Part shown: in pieces, positions 21,401 through 30,744 of the stretch
Numbering within the stretch: the stretch's first letter is position 1
Layout: every line of letters begins with the position of its first letter
From: a virus
Taxonomy: Duplodnaviria > Heunggongvirae > Uroviricota > Caudoviricetes
Direction: 5' to 3' (one strand)
Virus record (IMG/VR): IMGVR_UViG_3300029914_000004
Length of the DNA stretch: 64,000 nt
Program-made: the position numbers and the translations under genes
The notes under the pieces: model-generated
Told to the model about the DNA's origin: nothing
Databases searched by the model: none
The model's input: the letters and a program-made list of their open reading frames with translations, nothing else

Positions 21401-22147
21401 GATCATTTGGTTGAATTAGAGGGATTTGCAAAATATTTAGATAGCAGTGTATCAAAAACGATTAATATTCCCAATGATTATCTATTTGAAGATTTTCAAA
21501 ATATATATTTAGATGCATACAATACTGGGTATATCAAAGGATGTACCACATATCGTTCTGGATCAATGACTTCTGTTCTTTCAGCAGTTGATCAAAAAAA
21601 TGATGATATAGATGAAGAAGTTATTTTAGAAGATGTAAAATTGCCTGATAATATGTCTGCTGAAATGAAAGTTCTGCATGATCATGAAGGTGATAGTAGT
21701 CGTAAATGGTATGTAACGATTAGTTTGAATGAAAATAAAGCACCAGTGGCAATATTTGTTCAAACCAATGCAATGGAAAAATCAGTAACAACGAATGATG
21801 CTATTGAAAAATTATTTGCGTTGGCTAAAGTAAAAGGTATTCCAGAACAATATATAGAATCAACATTTAAAAAATGCAATAATGATTCTAATAGTGTTAA
21901 AATTGCTAGAGCAATCGGATTATTATTACGTCATGGAGTAAGAATCAAATATATTGTTGCTGAAATAGATAAAGTTGATGGCGTTACTTTTTCAAGTTTT
22001 CTATTTCATATTAAAAAGATGCTGGGAAGTTTTGTGAAAGATGGCGAAAAAATTGATGGGGCCAAATGCACAGAATGTAATGGTCAACTTGTTTATGAAT
22101 CAGGGTGCCAGAAATGCCTGCAATGTGGAAATTCAAAATGCGGATGA
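18476..22147 (+). CDS. nrdJ: class II (B12-dependent) ribonucleotide reductase with intein
   Basis: PGGRILANAG, NP|C-G-E split by intein, QPTGN, VSKTIN, GCTTYR; C-terminal TSCPD-like and CxxC..CxxC Zn ribbon; no nrdB-like gene in the window. Confidence 0.85.
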   Translation: MNDFLVNPHPSQVTVFEDSFSEEVWSNTYKNYKDKDINDTFNRVAQAIASVEKTEDLRKEWAEKFYDMMCNFSVVPGGRILANAGTEFRGTSLINCFVGPTPKYDCDSLSGILEVLRSQSITLKSEGGWGKNFSFIRPRGTFIKGIGVETPGAVKFMELFDKSSEIITAGSGKKASNKKAKGKIRKGAMMGILDISHPDIIEFITIKQTSNRLSKFNLSINCSDKFMDKVLLVSKLKKESGSQEQIDEITWDLIFPDTTYEKYKEEWCGDIQDWQEKNYPVIVYQTVKVDWLWNLITQSTYSRNEPGILFLDRANKFNELNYAEKIFASNPCVTLDSWVTTSRGAKQVKELLGIPFTAIVDGICWNSSEKGFFVSGNKPILKISTINGYTLKVTENHKIKILRNNKIDWIAAGKLSIGDQIFINNHSSVDVKISEKNDAIGYALGLLVGDGNISGKNAHLCSWGNTEGVKNVRNKVMQELLQYASPAKTFKGWHEVKGRNEYRIQFKDLHSYAISYGLTSSNKHVNKTIEEDIYISKGFIRGMFDAYGSVQGNRDTGLSIRLSQSNLEDLQAIQRMLVRWGIVSTIYENKRDECLKDMPDGKGGKKEYLCKANHELVLSKSNIEKYLNIIGFYDSDKKEKCERLLTEYVYGLHKETYLAEISSIENFPNEIVADCEIPGINAFDCNGLVISNCGEQLLSNENICCLGSLNLTQFINKNRTGFDLHKLAKYTKYLIRFLDNVNDYSDAPLPEYINSMRNKRRIGAGLMGWGSALFILKVKYGSKESTKLRTEILKTYTLAGVEASLDLADEKGMFNLCEPEKHAFSPYWDNIDLPENLRKRILKNGIRNSSLFSCQPTGNAGVTAQIVSGGIEPVFMSEYIRTVIVSSTPDHIKDVTPNWNQGEWAETNMFKFSQEGDEQILRGVDSNGVVYKIDKNRGLTKEVLCQDYGVRYLTKFGEWNPSADWAATTTSLSVKDHLVELEGFAKYLDSSVSKTINIPNDYLFEDFQNIYLDAYNTGYIKGCTTYRSGSMTSVLSAVDQKNDDIDEEVILEDVKLPDNMSAEMKVLHDHEGDSSRKWYVTISLNENKAPVAIFVQTNAMEKSVTTNDAIEKLFALAKVKGIPEQYIESTFKKCNNDSNSVKIARAIGLLLRHGVRIKYIVAEIDKVDGVTFSSFLFHIKKMLGSFVKDGEKIDGAKCTECNGQLVYESGCQKCLQCGNSKCG
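19469..20551 (+). mobile_element. 361-aa intein with LAGLIDADG endonuclease domain
   Basis: starts CVTLDSWV, ends GLVISN followed by Cys+1; blocks LGLLVGDG and RGMFDAYG. Confidence 0.9.
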
Positions 22148-22157
22148 AGGGGGAATT

Positions 22158-23030
22158 ATGGGTTGGACTCAAACTATGGATGGGGACTTTGTGTGGAATA
22201 CTATGAGAAAACCAAGAAAGAAATCTACAAAAAATCTGTGGGAGTTCATTTTTAATGAAAATCCCACAGAACAGGAAAAGTTAGAGGCTGTTAAACAAAA
22301 TGGTTTGCTGCTCGAATTTATTGAAAATCCTTCATATGAAATAATGACAGAAGCTGTACGACAAAATGGAATGGCGATTAGATTAATTGACAATCCAGAT
22401 GATGATTTAAAAATTGTAGCAGTTAAACAAAATGGTTATGTTTTAAAATTTATTGATATTCCAAATGATAAAATTATAAAAGAAGCAATAAAAAAGGATT
22501 ATATTCTAATTAAAACACAAAAAAATCCAAGTGAAGAAATTCAATTAATTGCTGTTAAAAAGAGCAAATCGGCATTTAAGTTGATTGGGAACCCAACAGA
22601 ATTGGTTCAAATTTATTGTGTTGAGAAAGAATCAAAGCTAGTTGAATATATAAGCAATCCGTCTATGGCAGTTCAACTAGCTTTGGTTAATAAAAATCCA
22701 TATGGTATTAGATATATTAAAAATCCACCAGAAGAAATTCAATTAGCTGCGCTGGCAAAAAACAAAAATGTATTAAAATTAATAAATAATCCCAGCGAAA
22801 ATATACAAATTATTATGGTTAAAAAATGTGGAAGTTCGCTTTCATTATTTCCAAATGCAAGTAAAGAAGTTCAAATGGCAGCGATCAACAAAGCTGCAAC
22901 AGCCATTAAATATGTTAAATTTCCAGATGAAGAATTACAAATGACTGCTGTGCAAAAAAAGAAAAGTGCATTGAATTTCATTAAACATCCAACTGCTGCT
23001 GTGAGAATGATGGCAAAAATAGGCTACTAA
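22158..23030 (+). CDS. 22-aa repeat (DUF4116-like) protein, diverged copy
   Basis: about 11 repeats AV.QNG..I.FI.NP.EE.Q; start set at ATG 22158. Confidence 0.75.
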   Translation: MGWTQTMDGDFVWNTMRKPRKKSTKNLWEFIFNENPTEQEKLEAVKQNGLLLEFIENPSYEIMTEAVRQNGMAIRLIDNPDDDLKIVAVKQNGYVLKFIDIPNDKIIKEAIKKDYILIKTQKNPSEEIQLIAVKKSKSAFKLIGNPTELVQIYCVEKESKLVEYISNPSMAVQLALVNKNPYGIRYIKNPPEEIQLAALAKNKNVLKLINNPSENIQIIMVKKCGSSLSLFPNASKEVQMAAINKAATAIKYVKFPDEELQMTAVQKKKSALNFIKHPTAAVRMMAKIGY

Positions 23031-23038
23031 TATTTGGG

Positions 23039-23067
23039 TTGACAATTGCAAATTTATTTGATATACT
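23039..23067 (+). promoter_or_regulatory. sigma70-type promoter
   Basis: TTGACA-N17-TATACT. Confidence 0.85.
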
Positions 23068-23073
23068 CTTAAT

Positions 23074-23280
23074 ATGTTCAAGAAAAAGAGTCTACCACTG
23101 ACGGATTTCTTCAGCGATACAGAGAACGCTCCAAAATTTAAAGTCAAGCGCGAATATTGCTCTGGCCCATCGCGCGGGATGATAACCACTGAGATTACTA
23201 CTAAATCCTTTAAAATCAACAAGTTGGTTAAGAACAAAAAGAGCGGAAATTATCGTGTTCTTTCTGTTGAAAAACTCTAA
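23074..23280 (+). CDS. small basic protein
   Basis: ORF after promoter; its 3' part lies within an inverted repeat. Confidence 0.5.
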   Translation: MFKKKSLPLTDFFSDTENAPKFKVKREYCSGPSRGMITTEITTKSFKINKLVKNKKSGNYRVLSVEKL

Positions 23281-23301
23281 GTTGTTGATTTTAAAGGATT
23301 T
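23203..23301. repeat. perfect 20-bp inverted repeat
   Basis: AAATCCTTTAAAATCAACAA (23203-23222) / TTGTTGATTTTAAAGGATTT (23282-23301). Confidence 0.9.
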
Positions 23302-23368
23302 CTTTTTTGTTGACTTCCATCCCAAACTTTGATATACTATATTTGTTAGTGAGAAAGAAGAGAACAAA

Positions 23369-23713
23369 ATGGCAAAAGTTCATCGTGGTTACATTTTTAA
23401 GACTGACGGGACAATTGTAAAAGTCCGTCCTGCAAATGGCAAGAAATTTGACTACAAAGAATTGAATCTGGCAGTCGGCGGATACATTGAATCATTGGTC
23501 AGCGGCATCAAGAATTGTAGACAGATGTACGCAAACGAAGAGGGTATGCTGAAAAATTTGCCTCCCAATCCACATACGCAAAATATTTGCAATATGAAAG
23601 TTTACGCTATGAATGGATACACGCCGTATTGGCGCGTTTCTGGAAATATAATTTCCATTCTTTCTGAAGAGTCAACTACTGATATTCTTCCAACTGTTTC
23701 TGAAGTTCTGTAA
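23369..23713 (+). CDS. DUF3846-like protein
   Basis: V.P.NG..F...EL...VGGYIE, MYANEEG.LKNLP.N. Confidence 0.75.
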   Translation: MAKVHRGYIFKTDGTIVKVRPANGKKFDYKELNLAVGGYIESLVSGIKNCRQMYANEEGMLKNLPPNPHTQNICNMKVYAMNGYTPYWRVSGNIISILSEESTTDILPTVSEVL

Positions 23714-23919
23714 ACCAGAAAGGAATCAATGAAAGATACACAGAAGTATAAAGTCGAAGGAAATGTGAATACCATCGCTGTTTTGTCGAGTGCTACAAAA
23801 GCTGAAAAGCTTGCGAGAGATCATTCTGATGAACACCAATATGCTGCGGTGTATTCGCGTGAATATCCAGGAGCTGAATATATGCTTTATAGTTCCTTTA
23901 GAAGTGGAAGGAGAAATTA

Positions 23920-24360
23920 ATGACAAGCGTATTTCCAACAACAGGAATGGTGATAATTAACTCGAATTGGCGTAAGAGAAATGTTTCTGTTCATCCTCTT
24001 GAGCAAGCTGCTGTTGACGTTATACAAGCTATCAATGATCTTCCTGTTACAGATTATGGAAAGAGGCAAAATGAAGGAAATGGGATGGCTCGGTCTGAAT
24101 ATTGCTTGCAGAGAGCATTAATATTGATCAATAATCAAATTAACAAAGACAAGTTGCCAGTTCATCCTCTTAGCATGGCTTGTAATGATATTCTCACTGT
24201 TTTGACAGAATATGCAACAGTCGATTATGCAAAGATTCAGTATGATGAAACTGTATTGAAGTCTACTGATACTATTCTTCACAGTACACTTGATTTGGTT
24301 ATTGATCAAATCGCAAAAGACAATGGAAACCAACTACCGCAGCATATCATTGTTACTTGA
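23920..24360 (+). CDS. hypothetical protein with internal duplication
   Basis: two copies of VHPL..A..D.....V.DY.K.Q; GGAG RBS. Confidence 0.6.
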   Translation: MTSVFPTTGMVIINSNWRKRNVSVHPLEQAAVDVIQAINDLPVTDYGKRQNEGNGMARSEYCLQRALILINNQINKDKLPVHPLSMACNDILTVLTEYATVDYAKIQYDETVLKSTDTILHSTLDLVIDQIAKDNGNQLPQHIIVT

Positions 24361-24370
24361 GGAGTTAATT

Positions 24371-24679
24371 ATGAACAAATCAAAAATTACAAAAGAAATT
24401 CTCCCAATCAATGATGCAATTGATCATCCTCTTGTAGTTGGAGATTTTGTGACTGCTGTTTGGGATAGTGGCAATCTTTGCTTATTCAAAGTAATGGGAT
24501 TCGCAAAAAGAAAACGCTGGCTGTTATCTGGGGAAACTTATATTAAGCTAGATCGTGTAAAAAATACTGCTGCTTGGACCAGATATGAAAATGTAAAAAG
24601 GAAGCCTGTGCTCAAAAGAGGAGAGCAAGTGACTTGGGTTGATCCAAACTATGTTTTAATTCACTTTTTGAGCCAGTAA
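24371..24679 (+). CDS. family B-like (SH3/KOW-like) small protein
   Basis: DAIDHPLVVGDFV...YVLIHFLSQ. Confidence 0.6.
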   Translation: MNKSKITKEILPINDAIDHPLVVGDFVTAVWDSGNLCLFKVMGFAKRKRWLLSGETYIKLDRVKNTAAWTRYENVKRKPVLKRGEQVTWVDPNYVLIHFLSQ

Positions 24680-24825
24680 AACATGGAAATATAATATTGA
24701 GATATATTACTAGAAGAAAAAGACAATATACTGCTTTTTATAAAAAATGACAGTGATGAATTTCTTTAGATGAAAGCATGAGAATCAATTCAAAAAGATA
24801 TTGAAGAAAAATTGATGAGGCAATT

Positions 24826-25137
24826 ATGACAGAAAAAGATTTTTCAAAATTCACAGGATATGATGCTTTCGGTCAATCAGTTGTCGCTGGAGATTATGTT
24901 TCTGCTCCTTTTGGAGACAATAGCGATGCTACTTTATTTGTAGTTGATCGCATACTTCCTAATTGGAAAGGAAAATATGGCTCTGGTGGAGGAATATTAC
25001 TATCTATTCATAACAGAGAATCAAAATATTTGTCTGAATGGCAGCGAAGAAACACCAAATTTACCACTGTTCGTGTCTATAAGCAAGTTGTAAAATTGCT
25101 TCCGAGCCAAGTGATGCCGTATTTGCTTAGTAAGTAA
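24826..25137 (+). CDS. family B-like small protein
   Basis: DAFGQSVVAGDYV...VMPYLLSK. Confidence 0.6.
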   Translation: MTEKDFSKFTGYDAFGQSVVAGDYVSAPFGDNSDATLFVVDRILPNWKGKYGSGGGILLSIHNRESKYLSEWQRRNTKFTTVRVYKQVVKLLPSQVMPYLLSK

Positions 25138-25317
25138 AGGAGAAAATTTGGAACTAAATGATAAAACATTAGCTGAATTAGCAGAATATTTGCAAATGAG
25201 ATATGCTCGTTGCAATAAAAATATAGAGTTATTAGGGGACGTGCAAACTACATTGAGTTGGTTTACCCTTATATGGGAAAGAGATTTTTTCCGTGATAAA
25301 TTTTTGGAAAAATAATT

Positions 25318-25821
25318 ATGAATGAAAAAGAACAAATGGCTGCTGTTCGACAAGATGGTCGTGCAATTGAATACATCGACAATCCAAGCGAAGCTGTGCA
25401 ACTGGCTGCTGTTCAACAAAATTATCGTGCAATTCAATACATCGACAAGCCAAGCGAAGCTGTGCAAATGGCTGCTGTTCAAGAAACTAGTCGGGCAATT
25501 TGCTACATCGACAAGCCAAGCGAAGCTGTGCAACTGGCTGCTATTCAACAAAATGGTTGTGCAATTTACCACATCAGCAAGCCAAGCGAAGCTGTGCAAC
25601 TGGCTGCTGTTCAACAATATGGTCGTGCAATTCAATACATCAGGAATCCAAGCGAAGCTGTGCAAATGGCTGCTGTTCGACAAGATGGTCGTGCAATTGT
25701 ATTCATCGACAATCCAACTGAAGCCATGCAAATGGCTGCTATTCAACAAAATGGTAAGGCAATTGAATATATCAAGAAGCCAACAATTAATGTCAAATTA
25801 GTGGCTAAATTGGTGTCTTAA
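25318..25821 (+). CDS. 22-aa tandem-repeat protein (7 units of 66 nt)
   Basis: Q[ML]AA[VI]QQxGxAIxxIxxPSEAV repeats with near-identical nucleotide scaffold. Confidence 0.85.
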   Translation: MNEKEQMAAVRQDGRAIEYIDNPSEAVQLAAVQQNYRAIQYIDKPSEAVQMAAVQETSRAICYIDKPSEAVQLAAIQQNGCAIYHISKPSEAVQLAAVQQYGRAIQYIRNPSEAVQMAAVRQDGRAIVFIDNPTEAMQMAAIQQNGKAIEYIKKPTINVKLVAKLVS

Positions 25822-25898
25822 AATATTCAAAACAAAGCACTTATTTTATTGTTGACAAACAACCCAAACTTTGGTACTATTTAATAGTGAGGGGAAAT

Positions 25899-26228
25899 AT
25901 GACCATTGAATTGACTCGTGAAGGGATCAATGAACAGCTCAGAACGAATGATAGAGCAGTTGCTCGTGCTCTCATTGTAATCAACAACAATCAGACTTTT
26001 GATGAGCAAGCGTGTGAGCAAACCACGCATCACAATGGAACTGGATTTACCAGTTTTGACGCGAAAATGGGAACTTCAATGGCTAATTTCTATGTAAAGT
26101 ATTGCTATCTTTCGCCTAGGCAGTTGGCGTATTGGCGCAAACTTGACAAGAATGGAAACATTCGCATTGGCAAATATTGGCGGCAACTAGTTGACGCTGC
26201 AAATGCCAAGAAAAAGGTGGCTGTTTAA
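25899..26228 (+). CDS. conserved phage hypothetical protein
   Basis: RAL......QT.DEQ...HNG.GFT..DA...TS motif; promoter and RBS upstream. Confidence 0.65.
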   Translation: MTIELTREGINEQLRTNDRAVARALIVINNNQTFDEQACEQTTHHNGTGFTSFDAKMGTSMANFYVKYCYLSPRQLAYWRKLDKNGNIRIGKYWRQLVDAANAKKKVAV

Positions 26229-26938
26229 TGAAAATTAGTTTTCCGTCAATCGCCAATGAAAACTCGTATGTTTATACGTTTGACAGTTATAGCTATAACA
26301 ATTCTTCAGCAATTTGTTCTGATTTTTTATATAAGAAAATAAATGACGAAAAATGGTCCCTCGACCATTCAGTAACAGTTGATTTGTTGGGAGATTATTT
26401 GGCATCATTATCTCTCGCCATGCTATCAAATGATGATTTGAGTCGAGAAATTTCTTGGAAACTTCCTTCCGAAGTTAACAAAAATGAAATTGAATTTGCA
26501 TCGTCTATAACTTATAAAAGTGGAAGCAAGACGCGCTATTATTCAATGGAATTGAGAAAAATTTCTTCAGTTCAATCAAAGAAATATGATCGCAGATTTG
26601 AACAAATAAACAGTGATATGGATGGCTCCCCAAGATCAATTTTTGAATTAATAACTGGCAATAATGGCTGGTCTAATTTATATAAATACGGTCTTGCCGC
26701 TGAAATTCGTGACTGGTTATTTAACAATGGAAACAAACGCACAAAGCGCAAGAGTTCTTATATGCAGCCACCGGCTGAATTTTTGAATTGGACTTCTGAT
26801 GATACCAAAGTTCATGAAATTAGAAATGGTTGGGAAGCTTGTAAATTTGCTATCGCTTCTTATCAAGCAAAACAAAATGTAGCGTCATCCATTTCTTGTT
26901 TTAAGAATTATGCACTTCAATCAAAGTTGGAGAAATAA
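26228..26938 (+). CDS. hypothetical protein
   Basis: 236-aa ORF, translationally coupled. Confidence 0.6.
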   Translation: MKISFPSIANENSYVYTFDSYSYNNSSAICSDFLYKKINDEKWSLDHSVTVDLLGDYLASLSLAMLSNDDLSREISWKLPSEVNKNEIEFASSITYKSGSKTRYYSMELRKISSVQSKKYDRRFEQINSDMDGSPRSIFELITGNNGWSNLYKYGLAAEIRDWLFNNGNKRTKRKSSYMQPPAEFLNWTSDDTKVHEIRNGWEACKFAIASYQAKQNVASSISCFKNYALQSKLEK

Positions 26939-27258
26939 TGAAAAGATCAGAACGCCGTAAATTTATTTCCAAACTGTTTGCAGATTTGAATTGGTTAAAA
27001 TCAAAAGAAAATGCTGATCGAATGGAGTATAAAGGAATCATAGCAACTGGAATTGCGCAAGACGCAGCCGCTATGATTTTTGATTTTGCTGAAAAAGAAA
27101 ATATATCTTTAATTCAATTATTGGATTGGTTAGTACTTGGTATTGCCATGCAGCGTGATCCAGATAGCCAACTTAGAAAAGATTTTATGAAAATATGGCA
27201 AGCGATTGAACCACTGGCAGTAGAAGATTTCAGAAAAAGAATTAAAAGAGGAGAATAA
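26938..27258 (+). CDS. hypothetical protein
   Basis: coupled ORF with GGAG RBS. Confidence 0.6.
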   Translation: MKRSERRKFISKLFADLNWLKSKENADRMEYKGIIATGIAQDAAAMIFDFAEKENISLIQLLDWLVLGIAMQRDPDSQLRKDFMKIWQAIEPLAVEDFRKRIKRGE

Positions 27259-27498
27259 TGAATGATATTACTAATTTATGTCTTGTGTGGTTGCATTTAC
27301 TATGGATTTAGTTATGCTTCTGGCTCTACTTTTCACTTAATGTCAACTAATTCTCAAAGTGAAAAGTTACGCGAATATTCTGAATCAGATAATAAGATAA
27401 AGCAATCATTTGCAAAATTTATGGTGATTCTAACAGTTGTTCTCAAATGGCCAGAAATTTTATTTAAAGAATTAACACGATAAGAAAGGAAAATCATT

Positions 27499-27696
27499 AT
27501 GATGGGATTACTCTATAAGTCCAAAAAGTTATTGAAAGAATCAGTTGGTAAGCCTCTGCGTTATGAAGAGACTTCGATGTTTGGCGAAGAATATAAATCA
27601 AACGGAAAGTTTTGTGGCGTTGGCCCAAGTCCATATGAGCGCAAGTGGTATGCAGAAGTGACTATGGAAAATGGTTTAATAAAGAAAGTCTCTTGA
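27499..27696 (+). CDS. small conserved phage protein
   Basis: L.Y.ETSMFG.EY...G....VGPSPY.RKW.A.VTM.NG.I.KV. Confidence 0.65.
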   Translation: MMGLLYKSKKLLKESVGKPLRYEETSMFGEEYKSNGKFCGVGPSPYERKWYAEVTMENGLIKKVS

Positions 27697-27978
27697 AAGG
27701 AGAATTTATGTTACCGCCAAAAGGTTTTAGAGTTATAAAGATTAGACAATCTCCCACTCTTACCACTCTTCTTAAAACAGTTTTCTGTATTTGTGGAATG
27801 GCGACACTTGGAATTATTGCTTATCTTTTCATCATTTTGAGTTAAAACCATGACAAATAAAATTTGGTCATGAAAGGTAATCGACATATCTATTTAATTT
27901 TTTATTCAGATAGAATTGAACAGATTACTCCAGAATAAGCATTTATTTACAAATTATCAGAATAGAGGGAAATTTTAA

Positions 27979-29064
27979 ATGATTAATTTTTTGATTTTGT
28001 TTTTTGTTCCATTGACTGTGGCAATTATTATTCATTTGCTGTTGCACAAAAATGTGTCGTGGATTGATGTTGCTATTCAATCTGGAATTGTTGCTGCATT
28101 CATAGGAATTTCTTTGACTGTTTGCTATTATTCTACTATTACAGACACAGAAATTTGGAATGGACAGATCACTGCTAGATCAACATATCATGTGAGTTGT
28201 TCTCACAGTTATAGGTGTAATTGCTATATAACAAGTGATAGTAAAGGAAATACTACTGAGCATTGCTCGACTTGTTATGAACATAATTATGACGTGGATT
28301 GGGAATTGGATTCTAATACTGGAGAAAAAGTTTTAATTGATCGAATTGATCGTCAAGGACTTAATATGCCTGATCGATGGGCCAAAGCATATATTGGCGA
28401 ACCATTTTCAAGTTCTCATAGTTTTCAAAATTATATTAAGGCTAATCCTGATTCTGTTTTGTTTGGATCAACTGGTGATGTAGAAAAGTACAAGCAATGG
28501 ATTCCAAAATATCCTGACACTATTTATGATTATTACCGTCATGATTCAGTAATTAATATGGGAGTTCCAAATCTTGATTTAAATGTTTGGAATTGGTTGA
28601 TTCAAAATGACAATAAAATTGTGGGACCATTAAAACAAGCAAATATCATTTTGATTTTTGTCCCATTGTCAAATCGTGACTATGTTGCTGCATTAAAAGA
28701 TGCATGGTTTGGTGGAAAAAAGAATGACATTGATATTATCATTGGCTCTAAAAATGGGCATACTATTGATTTTGTGGATGTAATGAGTTGGACAACTAAT
28801 CCAGCATTTAAAGTTCAATTGAAGAATGAAATATCAACGATTGGCACACTGGATCAACGAGATCAAATTAACTCAGCAATTTTTAATACGACTAAAGATA
28901 AATTCGTTCGTTTGCATATGAAAGATATGAAATATTTAATGCGTTCATATCAACCGTCACGAAAGTCAATGATTATTATTTTTGTGATTAGTTTGATTTT
29001 TAGTATTGCGTATCCAGTAGTGAAATGGTTCGCGCTCAACAACAGTGATCCAAATGACTATTAA
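27979..29064 (+). CDS. membrane protein with Cys-rich extracytoplasmic domain
   Basis: two N-terminal and one C-terminal TM segments; CSHSYRCNC...CSTCYEH. Confidence 0.75.
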   Translation: MINFLILFFVPLTVAIIIHLLLHKNVSWIDVAIQSGIVAAFIGISLTVCYYSTITDTEIWNGQITARSTYHVSCSHSYRCNCYITSDSKGNTTEHCSTCYEHNYDVDWELDSNTGEKVLIDRIDRQGLNMPDRWAKAYIGEPFSSSHSFQNYIKANPDSVLFGSTGDVEKYKQWIPKYPDTIYDYYRHDSVINMGVPNLDLNVWNWLIQNDNKIVGPLKQANIILIFVPLSNRDYVAALKDAWFGGKKNDIDIIIGSKNGHTIDFVDVMSWTTNPAFKVQLKNEISTIGTLDQRDQINSAIFNTTKDKFVRLHMKDMKYLMRSYQPSRKSMIIIFVISLIFSIAYPVVKWFALNNSDPNDY

Positions 29065-29209
29065 TTGGATAAATCATGAATGATTTTGACATTTTATGAA
29101 GCTGTAGAAATTCATGTTATTGTAATATTTTTGATTCTTATTGGCGGAATTAGAATTGGACAAGGTTCTGTAAAGTAATTTAACTTTTAACTTTGAAAAG
29201 GAGAAGAAT

Positions 29210-29800
29210 ATGAAGTATGCTTTGATTGCAGTTGGTTTAGTAGTAGTTTTGGCTGTTCTAGTTTTTGGATCATTGGGAATTGGTTATGTTGGATTCAGTA
29301 ATGATGCGAATCGTTTTGAAGCTGACATTCCTGCGCAGTATGTTCAAATGCAGAATGTATATGATAATGGATGGAAGGAAGTGATGGAAACATCGCAAGT
29401 TCCTGAAAATTATACTGAGGATATGAAGAATGTTTGGCAAGCTTCTTTAACTGGTCGATATGGGGCGAACGGAAGTCAAGCAGTACTTCAATTTATCAAA
29501 GAAAGCAATCCCAACATGGATGCAAGTTTATATAAGCAAGTCCAGGAGAAGATCGAAGAGTTCCATAGTACATTTTCAACTTCGCAGACTCGTATTATTA
29601 GTTTGAAGCAATCATACAATCAATATTTGACAGCCACAACTTCTGGTCGATTTTATAATATGGTTGGGCATTATCCTCATCTTCGTGTTGGTATCCCATA
29701 TGGTTCTGTTGATGATTTTGCAATTTTGACCTCTGGAAAGACTACACAAGACTTCAAAAATCACTCTGCTGAGGTATTGCAGCTTAGACCAAAGAAGTAA
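29210..29800 (+). CDS. membrane-anchored LemA-like protein
   Basis: single N-terminal TM then helical domain; adjacent to the previous membrane gene. Confidence 0.55.
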   Translation: MKYALIAVGLVVVLAVLVFGSLGIGYVGFSNDANRFEADIPAQYVQMQNVYDNGWKEVMETSQVPENYTEDMKNVWQASLTGRYGANGSQAVLQFIKESNPNMDASLYKQVQEKIEEFHSTFSTSQTRIISLKQSYNQYLTATTSGRFYNMVGHYPHLRVGIPYGSVDDFAILTSGKTTQDFKNHSAEVLQLRPKK

Positions 29801-29884
29801 CTTGTTGAAACTAAATAACTTAAAAGCCAATATTTTTATTGACATTGGCTTTTTAATTTGATATACTTGTATTTAGGTGAGCAT

Positions 29885-30100
29885 ATGAGAGATTGCACTG
29901 GTGAACAGCTAAAAGCAGGAGATTATATTTTATATAATGCTATTTTCAATGATAATAATTATTTTTTCTGCGTTACTTCAACAAATAATTTTGTGACTAA
30001 AGTGAAAAATATGGAAGGAGGACGATATACAGTATCGATTCCAGAAAGAATCAAATTGCTTTCTAAAGAGGAAGCATTGATTTATAAGCTGGGACAATGA
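29885..30100 (+). CDS. family B small protein
   Basis: MRDCTGEQLKAGDY...EEALIYKLGQ. Confidence 0.7.
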   Translation: MRDCTGEQLKAGDYILYNAIFNDNNYFFCVTSTNNFVTKVKNMEGGRYTVSIPERIKLLSKEEALIYKLGQ

Positions 30101-30244
30101 CAGATAAAAATGGAACAGAGTTAAAAGTTTTTATTTGAAAATCAACAAAAATAAGAAGGAGGAGAATAAAATGATATTTGTGTTTCTTGTTATATTTTTT
30201 ATTTGCATCGCAATTTTTGGTGAAGTTGAAAAAGGGGATAAATA

Positions 30245-30688
30245 ATGGAAAATGAGAAGAGATTTTATATTTTGGTTCCTAAAACAGTTCAAGTGAAGAC
30301 TGTAGTAAATACGCAGCATATGGTATCAAGTACAATCGAGACATATCCAGTTGAAACAATAACGTCTTTTAGAATGGTTCCTGGTCGTTTGCTGGCGCAG
30401 ACTTTTCATATTGGTAGAAAGATCGAGTCGTGGCGGCGATCCTTGGGAATTCAATATGAAGATATTACAGCAATTTCTCTCAGCGTCCGTAATACTCGTG
30501 AATTGCAAAAAGTTAGCAAGGAATTGATGAGTTTCAAGCTTCGTGAACCTGCTTTTTACGATGAATTTTACGACACAAATCTTGATTTTTATGGTACGAC
30601 TGATAGCGTTCAAACTGCGACAGTTATTGGGCCAGTTTTTAAGGAAGAGTTGGACAGTATTATTGGCCATTTAGAACTGTATGAATAA
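30245..30688 (+). CDS. PTH2-like peptidyl-tRNA hydrolase fold protein
   Basis: MVPGRLLAQTFH, ISLSVRNTREL, FYD, QTATVIGP resemble the PTH2 motifs GK.AAQ.AH, V.L.V...EL, D, T...IGP. Confidence 0.55.
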   Translation: MENEKRFYILVPKTVQVKTVVNTQHMVSSTIETYPVETITSFRMVPGRLLAQTFHIGRKIESWRRSLGIQYEDITAISLSVRNTRELQKVSKELMSFKLREPAFYDEFYDTNLDFYGTTDSVQTATVIGPVFKEELDSIIGHLELYE

Positions 30689-30744
30689 GAAACAAAGAAC
30701 TTATTTTCTTATTGACAAATAAATTTATTTAGGATATTCTTTAT

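Noticed and set aside
25318-25821. CRISPR array
   Set aside because: Units are contiguous, in frame and protein-coding, with no unique spacers and no cas genes.
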